From the NCBI GenBank assembly GCA_013416795.1, contig RQSC01000026.1, forward strand, positions 81,299 through 145,298: a DNA stretch of 64,000 nt, read 5' to 3'. Position 1 is the first letter of the stretch. Each line of letters opens with the position of its first letter. This DNA is from Prasinococcaceae sp. CCMP 1430 (taxonomy: Eukaryota; Plantae; Prasinodermophyta). The position numbers and the translations under genes were made by a program. This document shows, one piece after another, positions 54,818 to 64,000 of the stretch. Below the pieces are notes generated by a model, which ran no database searches, was not told where the DNA came from, and was given only the letters and a program-made list of their open reading frames with translations.

Positions 54818-55899
54818 CGCGGCCGGTGCCCCCCGCGCCCCGCCCGCGGGCGCGCGCCCCGCCGCGTCCCCGTCCGAACCCGACCAAACGACGACGCGCG
54901 CGCGAGAATGCGCGGCGCGTCCCAAAGTGCCAAATGCAAACGCCCACCACCCAACCAATACTATAATGCATCGAATGAAAGGAAGACAATTCGATCGAGC
55001 CAACCAACCAACCAACCTCGGTCGGACCCCCCCCCCACAGACCAGGCAGGCAGAGCATTGCGTTTGCCCCCTTTCGTTCGGAATCGAAGTCCCATCCCCA
55101 ACCATCCAACCACGGCCCCCCTGCCGAACGAAAGTACTAGCTAGGAGTACTGGTCCAGACTACCATGGATGGTAGACTACCGACCCCCCCTCGTCTGCTG
55201 GCTCCGTTTCCAGCCAGGGAGCGGCGGGGCCGCGCCACATCCGCGCGGGGAGAGGTCCGGATGTGGCTCGTGGATGCGGTCGTCGCGAACGAACGAACGC
55301 GGCGCGGCCCCGCGCCCCCTCGGACCCATGCGATGCCAGCCAAGCAGGGATGTGGATGTCTCCGCGTCCCCATCCGACTGATGGCGTTTCGGCACAAAGC
55401 GAGCCCCACATCCACAGACAGAGGAGTGTGGAATCTGTCTGTGGATGGATTCCTACTGCTGTACCATCCGATGGTACTACTGACTGTATTCCTCCATGCG
55501 CGACGGCACGGAAGGTGCAATGCGTTCGGTCGCGCGCCTCTGCGCGCGCGCGCGCGCCCGCGTGGCGCGCGCGGGGCTTCCAACAGGCACACCTCCGATG
55601 CGCTACACCCGCACCGGAAACACGGGCAAGGCCGTGCAGACACAGGCGTCACGCCGTGAGCGCTACCGTCTGATATTCGAGGGGGTCAAGCTAGGAGGTA
55701 CGCGGCGGTGCGCGCGCCGCGGGAAGGGTGGCACACCCGCGCGCGGCGCGCGCGCGGGTACGGCGAGCAGGGGGGAGGGGGGGGGGCAGGAGGGAGAGCG
55801 GGTGGGAAAGGGGGCGGCAGGGGCCGCGTCAGCGCTGGCGTGCGCCGTGTGCGGGCGGGTGGAAGGGGGGGAAGGGGGGGGGCGAAGCGAGCCTGCGCC

Positions 55900-56790
55900 A
55901 TGGTTGTGGCAGCCTCGACGGCGGCGCGTTGGCTTGAGAAATGGCTGGACTCGCGCGACGCAGCGGCCGGCGGCGTGGTGCGCGCTGGCCGGCGCTTGCC
56001 AACCACGGGCCCTGGTGTAAATTGGCCTGCGCAGGTGCTGAGCAGCTGGGGTGTGCACTCGTACGTGGAGGTCACGATGTTCATGATCTGGTTCACGATT
56101 GTCGGATGCTATGCGCTGTCCATCGCCAAGGGGGATGTCCCGTCCGCGTGGCTCCCGATGATCTCGGACTGCCTTGTGGTGCAGCCGCAGTCCTTCATCA
56201 GCCGCATTGGCCTCATCGGCGGCGGCACGCTCGGCATGGGCTGCGTCCTGATGTTCTCTGCGTTCCTGCTGAACGCTGCCGACGGTGCTGGCAAGAGGCA
56301 ACTGGTGGCGGGCGAGGTGCACTTCTCGGCGTGTTGCGGCGTGTTCGCGTGCTTCTGCCTCACATGCGTGGGTGCCATAAACGAGAACGAACTCGCCCCC
56401 GCGCACGACCTCAGCGCCGTTGTGCTCTTCGTGATGTTCATGCTGTACATGACGTTCTCGCTGCACCAGGCGCTGCAGCTGGGCATCGGCACGCGCGGCA
56501 CGATCATGCTGCGCTGGCTCATCTTCGGCGCGGCGCTCACGGACGGTCTGATCGTCCTTGCTCTCGCGCTCATTTTCGACAAGACATCGTCCGACTGGCA
56601 GATTGCATTTTGCGAATGGACTGGCGTCTTCCTCATCACATACACGCTGCAGGTCAACGTCGCCGACATGGGCAGCTCTATCGAGATGGCCATCGTCGGG
56701 CTCGCGCAGCACGCGCGCACGCTGGGTGGTGGAGCCGCGGAGCAGGAGCAGCGGCGAAAGACCCGCCTCTGGCGCTTGGGACTGCTGTGA
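55900..56790 (+). CDS. Frag1/DRAM/Sfk1 (TMEM150)-family multi-pass membrane protein
   Basis: About six TM helices; LPMISD..PQSFI; H in TM4; CEW in the last TM. Confidence 0.75.
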   Translation: MVVAASTAARWLEKWLDSRDAAAGGVVRAGRRLPTTGPGVNWPAQVLSSWGVHSYVEVTMFMIWFTIVGCYALSIAKGDVPSAWLPMISDCLVVQPQSFISRIGLIGGGTLGMGCVLMFSAFLLNAADGAGKRQLVAGEVHFSACCGVFACFCLTCVGAINENELAPAHDLSAVVLFVMFMLYMTFSLHQALQLGIGTRGTIMLRWLIFGAALTDGLIVLALALIFDKTSSDWQIAFCEWTGVFLITYTLQVNVADMGSSIEMAIVGLAQHARTLGGGAAEQEQRRKTRLWRLGLL

Positions 56791-57215
56791 CAAGCGCGCG
56801 GCTTCGATTCTCCGCCTGTGAGTCCGCGCGTTGGCACGTGTGCTCAACAGCGGCAATCCCCATTTTCTCCAAACAATTACAGTACTGTACTCTTCGGGTA
56901 CCTGGTAGGTGCTTTCTTCGGACTCTCACTCGCTGCTGCTGGCACGGTGGGCGCTGCGCGAGCCCGTATTCGAAACACAGGCGGCGCGGAGCGCTGCCCA
57001 CGGGCCGGCTCGAGCACACCCATCAGTAAGGCGTAGCGTCCGCGCTCCGGGCTGCTAAACGGACTCTAACTCACCCGCGGTGCTCGACCGCACGAATGTG
57101 TCTGCCCACTACTGTGCATTAGTGCGCGCATTCGCTCGCCTGCGTTGCGTGCGCCGCCACTCAGGAAGAGAGCTGCAGCAGTGTCGTCGCCAAACTTGAC
57201 ACCCTCCGACTGGTT

Positions 57216-60162
57216 TTACCAATTGCGCCGCCGCATCGAGTGCGACGTGCTGGGGGTGGGAATGCTATACTCGTCGCCAAATTTGATGCCCTGTGCGTGC
57301 GTGTGTGCGCGTGTGCATCCGCGGCGATGAAGAGGCGCAAGGCGCGTCAGCATGAACCTTTTTGCGGGTGCGTCCGCGCATGTGCGTGCGTAGATGTGTC
57401 TGTGTATGTGGGTGGCATGGATACGCGTAAGCGTGTGCACAGATGCGTGTGCGTGTGTACATACACACCTTTGATTGGTTGTAGTCGATGCGAGGCCGCA
57501 TCTTGTGCTTGATGCTCTGCGCCTCCTTCGGCATGAGGTTAGCACCGAGCGCCCCCTCAACGCTGCTCCGACGCTTCATCACGCGTTTTCCGTCGTCCAT
57601 GGGCATCATTCCGGCTTCGTGAGCGCTCAGCCGCGAGAAATACGTCAGAGAAGGCCGCCGCTCCACGCGTCGTCCGTCGTCCATGGGCATCATTCCGGCC
57701 TCGCTAGCGCTCAACCGCGAGGAAGTCGTCTTAGAAGACCGCCGCGGGCGCAAGGGGGTCTGCTCAGTCGTGCGCGTGATTTGGCCCTCGTGAGGCCTCA
57801 CCCTGTGCGCGTCCACGGCGGGATCGTATCGCGGCACGAAACCCTCGTCCAAGTTGCCTTGCGTGTCCTTGCCTTCGTGGCCATCGATGCGTCTGACGCT
57901 CAGCGGGTCGTAGTTGGGCACGAACCCCGCGCCCAAGTTACCTTGCGTGTCCTTGCCTTCGTGGCCATCGACGTGTCTGGCGCTCAGCGGGTCGTAGTTG
58001 GGCACTAACCCTGCGCCCAAGTTGCCCATCATGTCCTTGCCTTCGTGGCCATCGACGTGTCTGGCGCTCAGCGGGTCGTGGTCGGGCACGAACCCCGCGC
58101 CCAAGTTACCCACCATGTCCTTGCCTTCGTGGCCATCGACGTGTCTGGCGCTCAGCGGGTCGTAGTTGGGCACTAACCCTGCGCCCAAGTTGCCCATCAT
58201 GTCCTTGCCTTCGTGGCCATCGACGTGTCTGGCGCTCAGCGGGTCGTGGTCGGGCACGAACCCCGCGCCCAAGTTACCTTGCGTGTCCTTGCCTTCGTGG
58301 CCATCGACGTGTCTGGCGCTCAGCGGGTCGTGGTCGGGCACGAACCCCGCGCCCAAGTTACCCACCATGTCCTTGCCTTCGTGGCCATCGACGTGTCTGG
58401 CGCTCAGCGGGTCGTGGTCGGGCACGAACCCCGCGCCCAAGTTACCTTGCGTGTCCTTGCCTTCGTGGCCGTCGACGTGTCTGGCGCTCAGTGGGTTGTG
58501 CTCTTGAGCAAAACCCGCGTCCATGTGGCCTCGCGTGATCTCGCCCTGGTAGCCATCGACGTGGCGTACGGCCCTTTGATCGCCGCGCGGCACGTACTGC
58601 GCGTCCTTTTCCCCTCGCCTGTCACGAGCCGCGCTGCTGCGGCGTCTTCCTTCGCGCGCGCCCCTTGCACGCGCGTCGCGCCCCTCGCGCACAGCGCGTG
58701 CAGTAGGCGGCGACGCCGTGCGCGAAGTGTATCCCGAGGGTCCACGAGACGCGTATCGCGAGCTTGCGAGCGACGAGTAACCCGAGGGTCCATGAGACGC
58801 GTATCGCGAGCTCGCGCGCGACGAGTAGCCCGACGGTCCGCGAGAGGCGTGTCGCGAGTTTGCGCGCGACGAGTAGTAGCTCGTCCCGCGCGAGCTCGCT
58901 CCGCGCGGGGAGCTCGCCCGCGTAGACGTGCGCGTGGAGGCACGGGTAGAGGCGCAGCTGCCGCCATGAGGCGTGATGCCAGCGCTCGAGCCAGCGCGTG
59001 GGCCTGTGCGCCGGCCAAAGCGCACGCGCGAGGCGCCACTCTCCTGCGAGGGCGCGGCTGCAGTCGAGCGCGCAGACGGCTCGTCGAAGCTGGTGCCACT
59101 ATAAGGAGCGCTGACGTCGGACCTGGCCCCAGCTCGTGTCGTCATCGCCACCGGTATCACGCGCTGCTGCTGCGCATCTCTCGAACGTGCCCCCACGGCA
59201 GCGGCGCGGTGCTGGCGCTCCCGCGCACGCCTCTCGTCGCGAGGTCGCTCCTTTTCGGCACTTCGTTGCTCAGCGCGCTGCGCATCACGCCGCTCGCGCG
59301 CGCGCTGTCGCTGCTCGCGCTCGACCGCGCGTCTCTCCTCTCGCGCCTCGCGCTCTGCCCAGTCGTCGCGGGCGCTGCCGCGATCACGCTCGCCGCCGCG
59401 CTCGCCACCACCGTGCCTCTCGCGCGACGGGTTTGCCGACGAACGTCCTGACACGCCCGCCGACGCGCGTCTCTGATGGTCTTTTCCTCCCTCCGGCCTT
59501 TGCAGCTGCTCGTGCGGCGGTGGCCGTGGCCGTGACCTCGCTCTACGCCGCGCCTCCCTCGTTTCGGCGCCAAAAGGAAGTACGAAGTTGCCCTTGGCCG
59601 AGACCCTGTTACGTGCGCCCGCAACGGGAAGGCTGGTCGGGTCGGGTCGATCGGTGCCGATCCGGCTGCGCTCGGCACCGCCGGCGATGTATGCGCCAAT
59701 GGCACCGGGGTCAGCGTCGCCCTCGCGAAACGCGCCACCGCTGGGAATGATGAAGCTGATGCTCCGAGGCACAGTTGTGCCAGCAACGGGGAGCCTGTCA
59801 GGGCGTTTCGTGCGCGTGCGGCGCGCCATGGCGCGCTCACGGCCAACGCTGCCGTTAGCACCGCGCGAGGGGCCCTCGAATGCCCCACCCACGGGCAAGA
59901 CGGAGTTATCGCCCGGCTCCCCTTCCAAGCCCAACCCACTGCTGAAGCGGGAGCATCGCCCGAACGAGGGCGGCGGCATGAGCACAGTGCGCTCCTCGTA
60001 GCCGCACTTGCGCTCTGCGGCAGCGGCCACCTTGGACTCGACGTGCGGACCGCTGCTCCGCTCCCAGCGGTTGAACCCTGCTTCGGCGCCTGATGTCTGC
60101 CCGCCGTCGGGAAGGAAAGCAGGGGCGCCCCTCGCGGCCAGTGGCGCGGCACGGCGCCCCAT
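57216..60162 (-). CDS. Large basic low-complexity protein with 28-aa tandem repeats; intron 57468-57291
   Basis: Long ORF; repeats keep the frame; GT-AG intron with CTGAC joins NQSK|GIKFGDE. Confidence 0.75.
57817..58572 (-). repeat. Coding tandem repeat, 9 x 84 bp (SARHVDGHEGKDxxGNLGAGFVPDHDPL)
   Basis: Near-identical units in DNA and protein. Confidence 0.95.
58729..58872 (-). repeat. Coding tandem repeat, 3 x 48 bp (SSRASSRYASRGPSGY)
   Basis: Visible in DNA and translation. Confidence 0.85.
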
Positions 60163-61480
60163 CGCGGCCTGTGGTGCTGGCGCGCTGGGGCGCGGCGCGG
60201 TGCGCGGCGCACCGCCCCTGTCGAGGCGCCTACCGGCGCAGCGCGCGGGTGGCGCCCGGCGGCGCTGCGGCGCCCCCCGCGGGCGCATGCGAGGTGATAC
60301 ACCGCCCGTTCCCCGACCGCGTCGCGCCGCGCCCTCGAAGCGCGCAAAAAAAAAAAAACTAAAAAAAAAAGGAGAGGCCAACACCAACACGACCGTTGAT
60401 TTGGTTGGTGGTTGGTCGCCACACCGCAAACCCCACCAGAAAAGGAAACGTCGCGTAGTCCACTAAGCATCTGCAGCAGCCAACCAACCAACCACCCGGG
60501 GCCGCTCCGCAGCGTCAGGCAGGCCAGCCAGGGAGCCTCGGTCCGGCGCGCGGGTGCCCCGCTCATATGTGAAGGGAGGGGGCCGCGGCCGCTGCCCGGT
60601 CGGAAGCCAACGGAAGGCCTGCCCGGTCACCAACCCGAACGATCGGTGTTTGTGAACCCTAGCTAGAGCACCTAATACCATCGATGGTACAGGGTAGTCC
60701 GGGACTACAGCACCATCCGATTGTATAGTACCATGATGGTAATTAATCTACCCCACACTCGGCGATCGATCGATTCCGAATCGAGCTCGATCGGTCCTCG
60801 GTCGGTCGGTGGGCGGGTGGTGTGTGGGTGGTTCGGCGGCAGGTCCGCAGCAGGGTGGAGGCGCCGGGGCTTGCTCGTCACCAGCGGGCCGAGGGCGCGC
60901 GCCGAGCCCTGCCGCGGACCCACGGCTGCCGGCCTCGCCGACCGACCGAGGCGCCCGCTCTCTCTCCTCGCTCGTCCCGTCTCGTCTCGTGCGCCGGCCC
61001 GGGTCGTTGTGTGTGGTTGTTGGCTGGTTCGGTGGGGGTCTCGGTCCGGCCGCGGACTGGCTGGCTGGGACTTTTATCCGGCTTTGGCGTGGCTGTGTGC
61101 GGCGCAGGCTGGCTGGCTGGCTGTGGGGAGCTGGCCGGGCGAGCGCGCCGGCATCCAGGCCGCTGCCGGCGGCCGCCGCCGGCCGCCGCGGCGGCGATAA
61201 GAAGGGAGAGCGAGANGAAGGGGCGCGCGAGCGCGCACGAGCGCGACCGCCCCGGGCGCGTGGCCGTCGCGGGCAGGGGAGCGACACCGCTGCCGGGTGG
61301 CGGCGCGGCACGCCGGGCGTGCGCCTGAGGCGCGGAAGAAGGAGACAAGGCGTGCCTGGTGAAACTGGCCGTTGCCGCGACCGCGCAGGCGGCGGACACG
61401 GCGGGGTGGCCAGCGAGGGCTCGGCGAGGTTCACGTGGGCGGTATCGCCAGCCTGCCGCGGCCGCACTCCCGCAGTTGTG

Positions 61481-62139
61481 ATGGCGTCTACAGACGCGCG
61501 CACGCGCCCAAACATCCTCGTGACTGGCACGCCGGGCGTGGGCAAGTCCACCACGGCCGCGGCCCTTGCGGAGGCCGCTGGTATGGAGTACCTTAATGTG
61601 GGCGAGCTCGTGCAGGTGCGGACTGCGTGGCCGGCGCCGAGCGCGCCCGCTCTTTGGGAGAGAGTGCGACGCGAGCGATGGGCGCGCGCTGGCGTTGACG
61701 GTGTGCTGACTTTGCTGCGCGTTGCGGCTTGCGCTTGCATCGTCCACAGCGTGAGGAGCTCCACGATGGCTGGGACAGTGAGTACGAGTGCCTCATTCTC
61801 GATGAGGACAAGCTGCTCGACGAGATGGAGGATCGCGTTGCGGGCGGTGGCGTGGTCGTCGACTACCACTCCTGCGACTTTTTCCCCGAGCGGTGGTTTG
61901 ACCTGGTCGTCGTCCTGCGGGTGCGCACCGAGGTGCTGCACGAGCGCCTTACCAAGCGTGAATACTCGCAGAAGAAACTCAATGACAACATGCAGTGCGA
62001 GATCATGGACGTGCTGCTGACGGAGGCAAAGGAGAGCTACAAGGAGGAGATTGTGCAGGACCTGCCCTCAAACTCCATCGAGGAGATGGAGGCAAACGTG
62101 CAAACGCTGGCCAAGTGGGCTGCCGACTGGTCTCAATGA
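61481..62139 (+). CDS. AK6: Adenylate kinase isoenzyme 6 (Fap7/CINAP), exons 61481-61615 and 61750-62139
   Basis: [15 protein letters not shown]; [20 protein letters not shown]; NMQCEI. Confidence 0.96.
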
Positions 62140-62413
62140 CGGCGCGGCCGACCCCTCGCCCACCTCGCGGCACTCGCGCGCTCGCGCGGCACTGCAGCAG
62201 CCCCTGTAACAAGAAATAAAGAATGACTTGCGCGTGCCTTTCCACGAGCAACCGTGCGGGGTGCTTCGCGTGTGCGTGGGCACGCTGTGAGCACTCGAGG
62301 GCGACTGTGGGCGCGAGACCGCGTGCAGAGTTCCCACAGTCGTCGGCAGGCGAGTCGCGGTCGCGCGTCCTCGTCACAATTCGATTGTCGGCATTGCCGC
62401 GCTCCCGAGGGAC

Positions 62414-64000
62414 TCACTCCCATTTACCCGAGCCGTCCATCACGCCCAGCTGACCAGATTTCACAATCTGCGCCCGATACGTCGGTGCCGTGTCCTTTTG
62501 TGGATTGGCAAGGCCGTTGATGTCCCACATGACGTCCTTCGGACGAGAGAAAAAGAGAGATTTGGGAGGAAGAGGGAGAGCAGGTCAGTGACGCGTGCGT
62601 CGTCCGAAGCGCAAGGTGCGAAGGCACGTGGCACGTGGTGCGGGGGTGGGTGCATCACGACAGGGCTTTCGCACCTGCCCTTCGAGAACCTCGCCAAATA
62701 TGGTGTATGAGCCGTCCAGGTGAGGTGCAGGGGCGACGACGATGCTGAAGTGGCCGGTATTTGTGTTTTTGCCTGCGAGTGGTCAGGCAGGAGGTTGGTC
62801 AGATCGCAAGTGCGTGCATGGTGCGTGCGTGTGCGCGCACTGGCGAGCGCACGCGCGCGCAGAGCGGTGTGTGGCTGGCCATGCGCACCTGCATTCGCTG
62901 CGCTGAGCAGGCCTGGTCGGTCGTGTTTGAGCGCGAGCCCGCCTGGGTCGTCGTCGAAAGCCTTGCCGGTGAGCGCAGACCCACCGGTGCGTGCGTTCAC
63001 GCCGGTCTGGTCTATGAACATATCTATGACGCGGTAGAATACAGCACCTTCCAGCTTGTAGTCACCGCCACGCTCCCCTGTTGCCATCAGACGAAGATTC
63101 TCCGCGGCGTTTGGCGACTGCAATGAGCGCGAAAGTCGCGTGCGGCGGGAGGCGACGGGCGCACCGCGGTGCAGTCGGACACGTGTCAGTGTGTGGCGTC
63201 GCCCAAAAACGCGCGCGAGAGCGCCAAAGTGAAGACGCCGCGCAAAGGTGCGAACAGGCAGCTGAAAGCATGGTCGCAGCGCGGCGCGCTCAGCATCGAC
63301 CTCGTGTGCGTATGCCACCAGTGTCATCCTCCGCGGTGGCGCCTCGTCCGCGAGCCGCACATCGACGAAAACGACTGGATTGCCCACACGGTTGCGTCGC
63401 TCAAGCCGTTCTGCATCGCGCGAGGCCACAGCTGCAGCGATGCCCGCGAGCGTGAACCAGCCGCCCTCGCCACACCGAACTCCGCTCGTCCACCGTCTGT
63501 CGAACGTGCGTGTTTTGGGCAGCGCGCCCACCTCGTGGTGTGCTGCATCCACCTTCTTCAGCCAGCAGTCGCCAAGCTGCTCCGCGCACCGCTCGCTGTT
63601 GAAGCACCCCACCCACACCGCACAGCCTTCAGTGGCTTCGCAGCTCGCAGAGCAAGCCGCAGCGTCGGACTGCTTGTTGTGTGGGCCCCACTTCACTACC
63701 GCCCCGTCGTACTCGAGCGCAGTATTGCCTGCCCGCGAGCACGCGCGCGCCGCGAATGCGTGCGCCTCACCGTGGGCACCAGCGGCTGCTGCGGGCGCCA
63801 CGGACGCCGCTGCCAAGACCGCAGCCGACCGCGCAACGACTGCCGCAGGGTGCTCCACCGGCTCGAGCTGCCGCGCCGCTGCGCGTTGCCGTTGCTGTGC
63901 GCCCGCGCCACCCGCCCGCAGGACCCACACGGTGCAGAGCGCCGCAAGCGAGATCGCGGCGGCCCATGCGCACGCGAGCGCGCGGCAGCGGCGCGCCACG
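62414..64000 (-). CDS. Membrane-anchored PAN/apple-domain cyclophilin PPIase, at least 4 exons, 5' partial
   Basis: Signal anchor; PAN-like C..SC...GC.VW..C..CWLK; cyclophilin FYRVIDMFIDQTG, LKHDRPGLLSAANA|GKNTN, HLDGSYTIFGEV. Confidence 0.85.

Noticed and set aside
57216-57218. Genome-wide TAA/TAG reassignment
   Set aside because: Conserved genes end at the expected positions with TAG or TGA, others end with TAA, and none has internal stops
57817-58572. CRISPR-like or non-coding repeat array
   Set aside because: The 84-bp period is a multiple of 3, lies in an open frame, and has no spacers
617-63300. Introner elements (repetitive introns)
   Set aside because: The ~20 introns share only donor, branch and acceptor signals; I saw no sequence similarity between intron bodies
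1-64000. Most long Arg/Ala/Gly/Pro-rich ORFs in the track
   Set aside because: Shadow ORFs caused by stop-codon scarcity at high GC, overlapping better-supported genes

Overview
Eukaryotic, very GC-rich, gene-dense nuclear DNA, most consistent with a prasinophyte-grade green alga. Support: short GT-AG introns (GTGCG/GTGAG/GTACG donors, CTGAC branch sites), TGTAA 3' signals, and CPR5-like, PPR and ABC1K genes. About 29 protein-coding genes can be built, including NAA10, ASD, glycine decarboxylase P, an ABC1 kinase, SEC6, ESF2, CDC50/ALIS, AK6, ASCC2-like, UBAC1-like, CPR5-like, a cold-shock/PPR protein, an FN2-domain surface protein, a 28-aa repeat protein and a 978-aa membrane protein of unknown family. 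It is a draft scaffold with a 403-N gap, three single-N joins, and a bacterial ChvI fragment abutting the gap. The most notable unexplained signal is non-coding. Intergenic DNA carries TA-dense islands built from TACAGTA/TACTGTA, other TA-N(1-6)-TA units and a recurrent TACCAT-N(1-4)-ATGGTA palindrome, plus one TA-flanked inverted-repeat element. These resemble accumulated Tc1/mariner insertion/excision scars. Also notable are a 25-bp TGACGTGG minisatellite, an in-frame TAA inside a duplicated protein motif, and a head-to-head CDC50/Sfk1-like pair. Family calls come from motif recognition by eye; no searches were run.
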